A DNA stretch of 64,000 nucleotides from an uncultured Ilyomonas sp. Lineage in GTDB: Bacteria; Bacteroidota; Bacteroidia; Chitinophagales; Chitinophagaceae. The stretch spans positions 548,267 to 612,266 of the forward strand of contig CAXUDB010000002.1 of NCBI GenBank assembly GCA_964249755.1. Reading direction: 5' to 3'. Both the position numbers and the translations under genes were made by a program. Positions 28,595-37,954 of the stretch are shown piece by piece (within the stretch, counting starts at the first letter, position 1; each line of letters starts with the position of its first letter). A model generated the notes under the pieces. It searched no databases. It was not told the origin of the DNA and was given only the letters and a program-made list of their open reading frames with translations.

Positions 28595-29284
28595 CTAAGC
28601 CACTACGGCATTTGCACTGTCCTTTACCTTGCCGTTTTCAGTGGTGAGAATGCGGGACGGATATTTTTGTAACACCATAAAATCATGCGTTGCCATTACA
28701 AGACCAGTTCCGTAATCACGGCAGATGCGCATCAGCAACTGCATAATTTCGTCGCTGGTTTCGGGGTCGAGGTTTCCTGTTGGCTCGTCAGCTAAGATCA
28801 GTTTGGGGGAATTGAGCAAAGCTCGGGCAATGTCCACACGTTGCTGCTCGCCACCACTAATTTCAAAAGGCATTTTATAGCCTTTGCTTTTCAATCCTAC
28901 TTTATCCAGCACATCATTAATTTTTTCTTCCATCAGGTTGTTGTCCGTCCAACCCGTAGCACGCAATACAAACCGGAGATTTTCATACACATTTCTATCG
29001 GTGAGCAATTGAAAATCCTGGAATACTACGCCGAGATTACGGCGCAGAAAAGGTAGTTTTTTCCACGTCATTTTAGTAAGGTCAAAACCTACAACTGTGC
29101 CGGCGCCGCTGGTAAGCGGAAGCTCGCCATATAAAGTTTTTAAGAGACTGCTTTTGCCGGAACCCGTTTTGCCTACGAGGTACACAAATTCGCCGCGCAC
29201 CACATTAAAATTTACGTTTTGCAGCACGAGATTGCTTCCCTGGCTAATATTGGCATTATGAATAGAAACTATCGTTTCAGACAT
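28595..29284 (-). CDS. ftsE: Cell-division ABC ATPase FtsE-like
   Basis: GKTGSGKS, '[15 protein letters not shown]', SGGEQ, 'DEPTGNLD'. Confidence 0.75.
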   Translation of the reverse strand: MSETIVSIHNANISQGSNLVLQNVNFNVVRGEFVYLVGKTGSGKSSLLKTLYGELPLTSGAGTVVGFDLTKMTWKKLPFLRRNLGVVFQDFQLLTDRNVYENLRFVLRATGWTDNNLMEEKINDVLDKVGLKSKGYKMPFEISGGEQQRVDIARALLNSPKLILADEPTGNLDPETSDEIMQLLMRICRDYGTGLVMATHDFMVLQKYPSRILTTENGKVKDSANAVVA

Positions 29285-29396
29285 AGAATCATAACTTTCG
29301 GGCGAAGGTAAAGAATCCCGATTTTTGAGAAGTGCAAAAAATTGGTAGATTTCTTTGCGGTGGATGGTTACTTTGTAAAACTAATATCTTCGTTTC

Positions 29397-29669
29397 ATGA
29401 AACCCACACAGCATTACCTGGATAAACTTTCAGCCATCGTTCACGAGGCGGAATATACATTGCGTTATGAGCGCGGCACATTTCAAAGCGGCTGGTGCTT
29501 ACTGGAAAGCAAGCGCGTGATTGTATTGAATAAATTTTTAGATGTGGAAGGCCGGATAAATACGTTGATGGAACTGATTCCGCAATTGCCGGTGGATATT
29601 GACAAGCTCACGCACGAATCGCAAAAGCTTTACGAGGAAATTCTGAAGACATCAGGCTCGAAAGTGTAA
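29397..29669 (+). CDS. Conserved Bacteroidota hypothetical protein
   Basis: 'Y.LRYERG.FQSGWC.L....IVLNKF' with good coding character. Confidence 0.75.
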   Translation: MKPTQHYLDKLSAIVHEAEYTLRYERGTFQSGWCLLESKRVIVLNKFLDVEGRINTLMELIPQLPVDIDKLTHESQKLYEEILKTSGSKV

Positions 29670-29697
29670 ACCCTCGCCTGAATCCTTTTACTTTACA

Positions 29698-30474
29698 TTG
29701 TTGCAACCTTCCATTACCATAACATTTTTAGGCACGGGCACCAGCACCGGCGTACCTATGATCGGTTGCCACTGCGAAGTGTGCTCATCGCCCGATGCGA
29801 ACGATAAAAGGCTTCGCAGCAGCATCCTGCTACAATCGGCTACCACCACATTGGTAGTAGATACCACGCCCGATTTTCGCTACCAGATGCTTCGCATTGG
29901 TAATGAACATTTAGATGCGGTGCTGTTCACGCACCCACACAAAGATCATATCGCAGGGTTGGATGACATTCGTCCCTATAACTTTTTTTCGGGGCAGGCG
30001 ATAGATGTGTATGCCAATGAACTTACCAGCGAGGCATTGAAAAAAGAATTCGCGTATGTATTTGCAGAGCATAAATATCCCGGCATTCCTAACATCAATC
30101 TTACCACTATTTCGCAGCAACCCTTTGTAATTGGGGATATACCGGTAACTCCTATTACTGTATGGCACCACAAAATGCTGGTGTATGGCTATCGTTTCGG
30201 AGATTTTACCTACATCACCGATGCCAACAAAATTGATGAGGCAAACAAAGATTTAATCAGAGGTTCAAAAATGATGGTGGTAAATGCGCTGCGCCGCGAA
30301 AACCACATCTCGCATTTCACTTTGGAGGAAGCCATTAATCTGGTAGATGAACTGCAAATACCTAACGCTTATTTTACCCACATCAGCCATCAGTTAGGTC
30401 TTCATAAAACAGTAAATGAAAGTTTGCCGAAACACATATCTTTAGCGCACGATGGACTGATACTTTATTGCTAA
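29698..30474 (+). CDS. Metallo-beta-lactamase-fold hydrolase (PhnP-like)
   Basis: 'LGTGTS.GVP..GC.C.VC', HxHxDH 'HPHKDH', 'THISH'. Confidence 0.9.
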   Translation: MLQPSITITFLGTGTSTGVPMIGCHCEVCSSPDANDKRLRSSILLQSATTTLVVDTTPDFRYQMLRIGNEHLDAVLFTHPHKDHIAGLDDIRPYNFFSGQAIDVYANELTSEALKKEFAYVFAEHKYPGIPNINLTTISQQPFVIGDIPVTPITVWHHKMLVYGYRFGDFTYITDANKIDEANKDLIRGSKMMVVNALRRENHISHFTLEEAINLVDELQIPNAYFTHISHQLGLHKTVNESLPKHISLAHDGLILYC

Positions 30475-30492
30475 TTCCTTAACCAAAATTTT

Positions 30493-31440
30493 ATGCGTAC
30501 CAACCCTTCATGGAAGGACTATTTTGTTTTTTCTAAACGAGACAAAAGAGTTGTAGTACCTGTTGTGTTTTTGTTTGTTGTTTTTGGTGCTTTTATTCTT
30601 TTCTATAACCCAAAACCGGAAGCGCCCGTTATCCAAAATTTAGATGAAGAACTGGCAAAATTATCATTGCCGGAAGAGGATAGTAATGGCTCATTCCACA
30701 GTGCAGCAACACCGGATAATGAATCACTTGCTTCATCTGCTATGCTATTTTACTTCGATCCAAACACCGCTGCTGAAGCTGACTGGGAACGGCTTGGCGT
30801 AAGAAGCAAAGTCATTCATACCATCCTTAATTACCGGAACAAAGGAGGACATTTTTATAAGCCAGATGATCTGAGAAAAATTTATGGATTAAGTGAAGAA
30901 GAAGCAGACCGGCTGGTGCCTTATGTAAAAATTAAAACTTCAGCGGAAACTTCGGGTTCTTTTACAAATGCAAGCAAAACAGATCGTTATTCATTCCTCA
31001 CCAAACAGAAACCGCAAATCATAGACATCAACTCCGCTACTATAGAGCAGTGGAAAGCTTTGCCTGCGATTGGCGATGCTTTGAGTGCAAGGATTGTAAA
31101 ATACCGCGATAAATTAGGTGGTTTCACTTCTATTAATCAAGTGAAGCAAACGTATGGTTTGTCTGATTCTGCTTTTGAAGTTATTCTGCCTTATTTGCGT
31201 TTAACTTCAACTAATGTCGCCACCATCCGGCGAAATTCATCGCCTCAAAAAATCAACATTAATAAAGCTGATGCCGGCGAATTGAAAAACAATCCGGCTA
31301 TCTCTTCAGACATTGCCGAAGCCATTGTGGTTTACCGCAGCAAGCATGGCAAATATTCTTCGGTTGAAGACATCAAGAAAATCATCTTTATTAATGAAGA
31401 CATCTACCAAAAGATAGCACCCTTCCTGACAACCGATTAA
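30493..31440 (+). CDS. Helix-hairpin-helix (ComEA-like) DNA-binding membrane protein
   Basis: N-terminal TM helix and three HhH modules ('FDPNTA', 'IDINSA', 'ININKA'). Confidence 0.85.
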   Translation: MRTNPSWKDYFVFSKRDKRVVVPVVFLFVVFGAFILFYNPKPEAPVIQNLDEELAKLSLPEEDSNGSFHSAATPDNESLASSAMLFYFDPNTAAEADWERLGVRSKVIHTILNYRNKGGHFYKPDDLRKIYGLSEEEADRLVPYVKIKTSAETSGSFTNASKTDRYSFLTKQKPQIIDINSATIEQWKALPAIGDALSARIVKYRDKLGGFTSINQVKQTYGLSDSAFEVILPYLRLTSTNVATIRRNSSPQKININKADAGELKNNPAISSDIAEAIVVYRSKHGKYSSVEDIKKIIFINEDIYQKIAPFLTTD

Positions 31441-31479
31441 AATTCAAAAAAATAAATTTCCTGCATCCAAAACTTCCTA

Positions 31480-31487
31480 TACATTTG
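31480..31487 (+). promoter_or_regulatory. -7 element upstream of the acyl-CoA dehydrogenase
   Basis: TACATTTG. Confidence 0.55.
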
Positions 31488-31506
31488 CAAACTAACAGTT
31501 GTTAGC

Positions 31507-32649
31507 ATGGATTTTATAGTGGAAGAAATCACGGCACAGGTAAAAGAAACAGCAAGGGATTTTGCAGAGCAATACATTCGCCCGCATGTGTTGGAATGGG
31601 ATGAAGCGCAAACCTTCCCTGTTGAGATTTTTAAGGAATTAGGAAAGCTTGGCATGATGGGCGTGCTGGTGCCGGAAGAATATGGGGGCGCAGGTCTTTC
31701 TTATTTCGAATACAAAGAAATCATTGAAGAAATTTCCAAAGTATGTGGCGCTATCGGGCTTAGCGTAGCGGCACACAACTCACTTTGCACCAACCATATC
31801 TTATTATTTGGCAATGAAAGCCAGAAGTACCGCTACCTGCCCAAGTTGGCTACAGCAGAACATATCGGCGCTTGGGGTTTAACAGAACCCAATACAGGGA
31901 GCGACTCCGGAAATATGAAGTGTACAGCAGTACGGGAAGGTGACGACTGGATTTTGAACGGAACGAAGAACTGGATTACGCATGGAAAGACCGGCGATAT
32001 AGCAGTAGTGCTTGCCCGTACTGGTGAGCCCCGCACGAAGAACAATGCCACCGCCTTTATTGTAGAACGCGGCACAAAAGGTTTCTCAGGCGGCAAAAAA
32101 GAGAACAAGCTGGGCATGAGAGCCAGCGAAACCGCCGAGATGATTTTTGATAATTGCCGCATCTCCGACAACAACCGTTTAGGCGAAGTAGGAGAGGGCT
32201 TTTACCAGGCAATGAAAGTGTTAGATGGCGGACGAATTTCCATTGCGGCTTTATCGCTGGGCATCGCCAAAGGCGCTTATGAAGCAGCAAGACAATATGC
32301 GAAGGAAAGACACCAGTTTGATAAGCCGATTGCTTCTTTCCAAGGCATATCTTTCAAGCTGGCAGACATGGCTACCGAGATCGAAGCCTCAGATTTATTG
32401 ATACAGAATGCGTGTCATTTAAAGCATACCCACCAGCCGATGACCAAACAGGCTGCCATGGCGAAATATTACGCCAGCGAAGTAGCCGTGAGAGTGGCAA
32501 CTGATGCCGTGCAGATATTCGGCGGCTATGGATACACAAAAGATTTTCCGGTAGAAAAATATTACAGAGATGCCAAGCTGTGCACCATTGGTGAAGGCAC
32601 TTCTGAGATACAGAAGATTGTGATTGCCCGCGAGGCATTACGCGATTAG
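31507..32649 (+). CDS. Acyl-CoA dehydrogenase
   Basis: '[11 protein letters not shown]', 'LNGTKNWIT', 'KLGMRAS.T', 'QIFGGYG', 'IGEGTSEIQ'. Confidence 0.95.
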   Translation: MDFIVEEITAQVKETARDFAEQYIRPHVLEWDEAQTFPVEIFKELGKLGMMGVLVPEEYGGAGLSYFEYKEIIEEISKVCGAIGLSVAAHNSLCTNHILLFGNESQKYRYLPKLATAEHIGAWGLTEPNTGSDSGNMKCTAVREGDDWILNGTKNWITHGKTGDIAVVLARTGEPRTKNNATAFIVERGTKGFSGGKKENKLGMRASETAEMIFDNCRISDNNRLGEVGEGFYQAMKVLDGGRISIAALSLGIAKGAYEAARQYAKERHQFDKPIASFQGISFKLADMATEIEASDLLIQNACHLKHTHQPMTKQAAMAKYYASEVAVRVATDAVQIFGGYGYTKDFPVEKYYRDAKLCTIGEGTSEIQKIVIAREALRD

Positions 32650-32681
32650 TGGCCTCTGACGATTCTTTGATTGCTTGCTAA

Positions 32682-32709
32682 AAAGCCTGTCTTGTTTAAG
32701 ACGGGCTTT
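32682..32709. terminator. Likely bidirectional terminator between convergent genes
   Basis: aaagcctgtctt-gttt-aagacgggcttt hairpin. Confidence 0.7.
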
Positions 32710-32715
32710 GTTATT

Positions 32716-34212
32716 TTATTTAACAACATACTCCCTCAACTCATCTGCGATCTTCCTGTCATTACTCAGGCGCGGCAGCTTGTTCTGTCCACCCAATTTA
32801 CCAATTGATTTCATGTAATTAATAAAACCATTCTTCTGCACCGGTCTTATCTTCAGCTTCTGCAAAATATTGCCGCTGATTAAGTCATCATAATACACAT
32901 TTTTCTTCCGCAAATTAGCATCTACTTTTTCTGCAAAAGAGAGAACATCAATTGGTGGTTGTGCAAACTCAATAAACCATTCGTGAAAGCTTTTGCCTTC
33001 GCCCTGCTGCACCATGGGCGCAACCGTAAATTCAACCACATGAATATTTTCTTCCGCGGCGGCTTTCATTAAGGCGGCTTCTACTTCTTCTCCTATCACA
33101 TGCTCGCCAAAGGCGGAGATATAATGCTTGGTTCGGCCAGTTACTATTAAGCGATAGGGATTCGTGCTGACAAACTTCACCGTATCTCCAAGATCGTAGC
33201 CCCAAAGCCCGGCGTTATTGTTAATAATGAGCGCATAGTTTTCCCCTACTTTCACGTCTTTCAAATAGACTCGCGTGTGTACTTCTTTTTCCACTTCATT
33301 CGCCGGGATAAACTCATAAAAAATCCCCGAATTTGTGTTCAGCAGCAAGCCCTGGTGTTCTATCGTGTCCTGGAAAGCAAAAAAGCCTTCCGATGCCGGG
33401 AACGTTTCAATTGAATCAACCGGTTTGCCAATGGTAGCTAGCAACTTGGCTTTATATGGCTCGAAGTTTACGCCGCCATACACCATCACAGAGAAAGAAG
33501 GAAACAGGTCTTTGATTTCTTTGCCGCTTACTTCTGTCAGCCGGTCAAAATACATCTGCATCCACGGCGGAATACCACTAATCAGCGTCATGTTCTGGTT
33601 CGCTGTTTCTTTCACAATGGCATCCAGCTTTGTTTCCCAGTCTTCAATGCAATTGGTTTCGTAAGAGGGTAGCTGATTGGTGCGTAAATAACGCGGCACA
33701 TGGTGGTTTACAATGCCACTAAGCCGCCCGGTGGGAATGTCTGCCACGCGATCCAGTTCGGGCGAGCCGCTTAGAAAAATCATCTTGCCATTGGTAAAAT
33801 CAGCATTGCCCCGTTGCGCTATGTAGCACAATAGTGCATTACGCGCTGTGTCTATATGGTTATCTATCGAGTCTTTAGAAATTGGAATATACTTCACACC
33901 ACTGGTAGTGCCGCTGGTTTTGGCAAGATACAAGGGCTTACCCTTCCATAGCACGTTGTGTTTGCCTTCTTTTATTTTTTCTATGTAAGGCTTCAGTTTT
34001 TCATAATCGCGCAGTGGCACCTGTTGTTTAAAATCATCGTAGGTTTTGATGGTGCTGAAATGGTGATCCTTTCCGAATTGTGTGTCTTTCGCTGTCTTGA
34101 CGAGTTCGGCTAAAATGGCTTCCTGGTCTTGCACGGCAGTTGCCATTCCCTTCTGAATCTTGTTATAAATATAATTGGCAAACGGCTTTGCCAACGAAGA
34201 TTTTATGCTCAT
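32716..34212 (-). CDS. GH3 (auxin-responsive-like) acyl-adenylate/amido synthetase family
   Basis: 'KTSGTTSG.KYIP', 'ASEGF', 'GLWGYDLGD', 'GGQNK.PRL'. Confidence 0.9.
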   Translation of the reverse strand: MSIKSSLAKPFANYIYNKIQKGMATAVQDQEAILAELVKTAKDTQFGKDHHFSTIKTYDDFKQQVPLRDYEKLKPYIEKIKEGKHNVLWKGKPLYLAKTSGTTSGVKYIPISKDSIDNHIDTARNALLCYIAQRGNADFTNGKMIFLSGSPELDRVADIPTGRLSGIVNHHVPRYLRTNQLPSYETNCIEDWETKLDAIVKETANQNMTLISGIPPWMQMYFDRLTEVSGKEIKDLFPSFSVMVYGGVNFEPYKAKLLATIGKPVDSIETFPASEGFFAFQDTIEHQGLLLNTNSGIFYEFIPANEVEKEVHTRVYLKDVKVGENYALIINNNAGLWGYDLGDTVKFVSTNPYRLIVTGRTKHYISAFGEHVIGEEVEAALMKAAAEENIHVVEFTVAPMVQQGEGKSFHEWFIEFAQPPIDVLSFAEKVDANLRKKNVYYDDLISGNILQKLKIRPVQKNGFINYMKSIGKLGGQNKLPRLSNDRKIADELREYVVK

Positions 34213-34252
34213 ATATGGACAACAAAGGTTACGACAAAAGTAAGCAAGGCAA

Positions 34253-34329
34253 TGTTATGTACGATGTTAGATATGAGAGGTGAAACGTGAGATGTGAGAG
34301 GTACGATGTTAGATGTCGGATGTACGATG
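34253..34329 (+). repeat. Heptamer tandem array (11 units, TRMGATG-like)
   Basis: tgttatg tacgatg ttagata tgagagg tgaaacg tgagatg tgagagg tacgatg ttagatg tcggatg tacgatg. Confidence 0.85.
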
Positions 34330-34353
34330 TAATTAGAAAGCAACGCTGCGTTC

Positions 34354-34585
34354 GTCATTCCGCAATTGCCCCGGCAATGTTATTCATAAATCGGTCTTGC
34401 GGGGGCTTTGTGCGGAATCTGCTCTTTATAATTTAATCCAGTTGCATTTCAAAGCACCCTTTTATCATAGAAACAGGCTTGCAACACAATCATCACATTC
34501 CGCACAAAGCCCTCGCAGTCACCATGAAGGTGCAACTTCTTGTTGAGGGCACCCCGACGCGTCGGGACAAGATTTGCGGAATGAC
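34354..34585. repeat. Nested-palindrome element, copy 2
   Basis: Perfect 12-bp terminal IR gtcattccgcaa/ttgcggaatgac; same internal IR as 26368-26578. Confidence 0.85.
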
Positions 34586-34752
34586 GGCGCACACTTTTGA
34601 AGTGACGGCGCAACGTTTCAAAATAGGGGATAGCTGCTTCCTTACTCATCATTCTTATTTTGTGTCATCTCGCTTTCTCGTCAGCCACATCCCACCCATC
34701 TCATTCATTCCCAAAATCCCGGTTCAGACAATTGCCCAATCATTGTCCGGAA

Positions 34753-34798
34753 CGTACAAGTATGCGATGGCGCTAAAGATGCCACAGGCGCAACAGGC
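34753..34798 (-). repeat. Dispersed repeat, partial inverted copy C
   Basis: cgtacaagtatgcgatggcgctaaagatgccacaggcgcaacaggc matches the reverse complement of the core of copy A. Confidence 0.7.
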
Positions 34799-34876
34799 GA
34801 TGCCATGAAATACGGCAGACCGTCTCACAAAAAAGAAAAGACCCAACCGCAACCGCCTCGATATAACTGCGCAACC

Positions 34877-34904
34877 CTTCACTTCTCACTTCTCACTTCT
34901 CACC
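34877..34904 (-). repeat. Heptamer tract (tctcact)n, inverted relative to 34253-34329
   Basis: cttcact tctcact tctcact tctcacc. Confidence 0.75.
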
Positions 34905-35004
34905 GCTTACACCCTTCTGGAACACACATCCTGCACCCAATCGCATCGTTATCAGAAATTCCTATCTTGCGCGCTTTAAATTTTACAACAAAAACAAAAC
35001 GACA

Positions 35005-36078
35005 ATGGCTAAATACCGCGCAGGTGTTTTATTTGGAGAAGAACTTCACGCCCTGTATGATGATGCAAAGAACAACCGGTTTGCCATGCCTGCCGTGAAT
35101 GTTACCAACACCAACACAGTAAACGCGGTGCTGGAAACGGCTGCAAAAGTAAACTCGCCTGTCATCATCCAGTTCAGCAATGGCGGCGCGCAGTTCTTTG
35201 CGGGCAAAGGCATGCCGAACGACAAGCTGCAGGCAAATATTTCCGGAGCCATCAGCGGCGCACTGCACATTCACAACGTAGCGCAATACTATAGCGTGCC
35301 CGTGGTGCTGCATACCGATCACGCGGCAAAGAAATGGTTGCCCTGGATTGATGCTTTGCTTACGGCGGGTGAAGAGCACATGAAGAAAAACGGTCAGCCG
35401 CTCTATAGCTCGCACATGCTTGATTTAAGTGAAGAACCCATACACGAAAACATAGAAACCTCGGTGCAGTTTTTTAAGCGCATGAGCAAGCTGCAAATGA
35501 GTATTGAAATAGAACTGGGTGTAACCGGCGGTGAAGAAGACGGCGTGGACAACAGCGGTGTGGAAAACTCCAAGCTTTATACGCAACCCGAAGATGTGTA
35601 TGAAGCGTATGATCAATTAAGCAAGATAAGCCCGCTGTTTACCGTAGCGGCTGCCTTTGGCAATGTACATGGCGTGTACAGCCCCGGCAATGTTGAGCTT
35701 CGCCCCGAGATTTTAAAAAACAGCCAGGAATACATAGCGCAGAAATTAGGCAAAAGCGAGGGCGAAAAGCCGGTGTATTTTGTATTTCATGGTGGCAGCG
35801 GCTCGCCCAAAAACCAGATTGAAGAAACGCTTAACTATGGCGTGATCAAAATGAATTTGGATACCGATATGCAGTGGGCATTTTGGGACGGCGTGCGGGG
35901 TTATTATCAAAAGAATGAAGGCTACCTGCAGGCGCAGTTAGGCAACCCCGAAGGCGAAACCAAACCGAACAAGAAGTATTACGATCCGCGCGTGTGGCTG
36001 CGTAAAGGCGAGGAAAGCTTTGTGAAACGCCTGGAAGAAGCGTTTGGAGATTTGAACTGCATTAACAAGAATGCATAG
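35005..36078 (+). CDS. fbaA: Class II fructose-bisphosphate aldolase
   Basis: 'PVIIQFSNGG', 'HTDH', 'ELGVTGGEEDG', 'FGNVHG', 'HGGSG', 'YYDPRVW'. Confidence 0.95.
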   Translation: MAKYRAGVLFGEELHALYDDAKNNRFAMPAVNVTNTNTVNAVLETAAKVNSPVIIQFSNGGAQFFAGKGMPNDKLQANISGAISGALHIHNVAQYYSVPVVLHTDHAAKKWLPWIDALLTAGEEHMKKNGQPLYSSHMLDLSEEPIHENIETSVQFFKRMSKLQMSIEIELGVTGGEEDGVDNSGVENSKLYTQPEDVYEAYDQLSKISPLFTVAAAFGNVHGVYSPGNVELRPEILKNSQEYIAQKLGKSEGEKPVYFVFHGGSGSPKNQIEETLNYGVIKMNLDTDMQWAFWDGVRGYYQKNEGYLQAQLGNPEGETKPNKKYYDPRVWLRKGEESFVKRLEEAFGDLNCINKNA

Positions 36079-36095
36079 ATGAATTAGTTATAAAG

Positions 36096-36125
36096 AAAAA
36101 AGCCGGCACGTGCCGGCTTTTTTTT
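36096..36125 (+). terminator. Rho-independent terminator after fbaA
   Basis: aaaaaagccggca-cg-tgccggc-ttttttt. Confidence 0.85.
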
Positions 36126-36195
36126 GAAGTAAAATATGGTGAGGCGAAATAGAAAAGGCTGATAGGTAATGCCGCGCTGGTTCTGCTGTAAACTT

Positions 36196-36363
36196 AATCC
36201 ACTTAAGTAATAGCCGAAACATCATTAACAAAAGCCAGAACATCTATAATTATAACCAAAACATCATTAATTATAATTGAAACATCCTTAATAATAGCCA
36301 AAACATCATTAACAAGAGTTGAAACATCTATAATTATAGCGAAAACATTATTTGCAACAGGGA
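36196..36363. repeat. 21-bp periodic tandem array (8 units, core aaacatc)
   Basis: (a/g)aacat(c/t) recurs exactly at 36217, 36238, 36259, 36280, 36301, 36322 and 36343. Confidence 0.9.
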
Positions 36364-36492
36364 AATGGTTTGTTGTGATAGAGGAAACAGCTGCACCAGC
36401 CGCCTGGCTGCCTCAAATAATGCCTTGGCTGCCGGACATAAAAAAAGGAGAAAATAGCGTGCTATCTTCTCCCGGTTTTTGCATTCCTGCTG

Positions 36493-37002
36493 TTATGCAA
36501 TATGCACGTCTTTGCCGTCGCTATCCTGCTGCAGTAGCGGCTCCGGTTTCTTCTTTTTCTTCTTATAACGCTTGCTTAAATCGGCATACACATCTTTTGC
36601 TTCGGGCACGTTTTCTTTCGATGCCTGCTTTACACTATTGTAATACTTAAGCAACTCTTTTAGCGTGCCTGCGCCTGCCGACATGCGGGTATCGCTCAGC
36701 AGCGACAACAAATTTGCTGTTTGCTGTAGCAGCGGCATCAGCGAAGTCATTATTGAATAATCATTATTCATGCTGTCTACGTCCATTTGGCGGGGCGCAA
36801 ACTGCGGAAACTGCTGCTGGTAGCTGATTCCTTTGTCAACAAATGATTCGGTGCCATCGGCCACCTTATTAATCTTCTTCCGCTCTTCAGTGGTAAGCGA
36901 CACCAGATAGGGAGCCAGCAGATCGCGGTTCTCCTTCGTGTTGGAGAGTACTTTTGCCATTGTTTCCGGCGGAATCATTTCTAAGATATTGGATTTTTTC
37001 AT
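36493..37002 (-). CDS. Helical hypothetical protein (family seen in Bacteroidota and spirochaetes)
   Basis: 'LVSLT.EERKK..K..D..ESFV.K','L.DT...AG','L.YYNSVKQA.K.NVP.AK.VY.DL..RY'; start moved to ATG 37002. Confidence 0.78.
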   Translation of the reverse strand: MKKSNILEMIPPETMAKVLSNTKENRDLLAPYLVSLTTEERKKINKVADGTESFVDKGISYQQQFPQFAPRQMDVDSMNNDYSIMTSLMPLLQQTANLLSLLSDTRMSAGAGTLKELLKYYNSVKQASKENVPEAKDVYADLSKRYKKKKKKPEPLLQQDSDGKDVHIA

Positions 37003-37348
37003 CAGTAAAAAGGCAGTTGGTTTTATACTGCGGATGTAAAGATAAAACATCAGTTACGTAGGTTATTATTTACCCATGTATATTAATCAAAATTTAAGGA
37101 GGAATATAAAAGGCTGCCTGCAAAGCATTTTGCCTTAGACGGGTATCCTAGTTACAGAGAAGAAAAAAACAATGCCCTTTATATATTTAGATTAGATAAG
37201 CAGTTATAAGCCTTTGCAAATTCTACAGGCATTTAAAGCAGTGTTTCATCATTACTTTACGGGCATAGGTGAACATCCGGTAGCTGGCGCACACAATTGT
37301 GTTCCTTGCACATTTTGCCGGAAAGTAAAGAAGTATAAGTTTCTTCTT

Positions 37349-37705
37349 CTAAAGCCCCGCAATCACCTCATCCGCAAATTGCGTGTTAGCAAAGCGCTGA
37401 TATACGCGGATGTGTTGATTGTGCAGTTGCAGGATAAGTTTGTCTTTGGTGATTACTTTTACAATGGCGTTGGATACCTCTTCGGCATCGCCCAGCACTA
37501 AGTAAATTTCAAAGTTTGTGCTGATGCCCATTAAGTAATGGTCGTTGTGCACAACACCATCTTTTATCACCCGCAACTCACTCACATCCAGCGGTGCGGC
37601 GGTGGGTGAAAAGATTAAGGTTTCGTCGGTTGCGGTGCTGTGCCATTTGCCTTGTATTTCGTTTGCCACTGTTTGAAACAGTTGTAACTGTAATGTATAG
37701 GTCAT
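37349..37705 (-). CDS. Hypothetical beta-rich protein
   Basis: 118-aa ORF with 'IQGKW' (lipocalin-like GxW); fills the gap before glgA. Confidence 0.6.
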   Translation of the reverse strand: MTYTLQLQLFQTVANEIQGKWHSTATDETLIFSPTAAPLDVSELRVIKDGVVHNDHYLMGISTNFEIYLVLGDAEEVSNAIVKVITKDKLILQLHNQHIRVYQRFANTQFADEVIAGL

Positions 37706-37954
37706 GCGAGGAGAGCCGTGTTTTGTGTTTTCGATAACTTGCTGCCGGGAGTATAACCATTTTAATGCCGTGTCTTGGCAGCAATGCCATTAAAGTTCAT
37801 CTGTCGTTTTTTTAAGGCAAATGAAACGGCGTTTTTTATACCTACGCAGTTTCGTCTTTTTGCGATTGTCTTTTGGTTATCTCAATCTTTATTTGTCAAT
37901 ATCATTACTATTTCCAACATTTGGCAAGCCATTTAAAACCAATTACTTTATCGT

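Noticed and set aside
28595-29284. ftsE lacking an adjacent ftsX as an anomaly
   Set aside because: Unlinked ftsE and ftsX are, to my knowledge, usual in Bacteroidota.
29577-29590. 14-bp match attccgcaattgcc to the element end inside a CDS
   Set aside because: It encodes IPQL in a conserved protein, has no partner arm and is plausibly chance.
36196-36363. 21-bp arrays as CRISPR or TIGR arrays
   Set aside because: The total unit is only 21 bp, there is no constant repeat of 23 bp or more with unique spacers, and no cas or Nop-domain gene was recognised.
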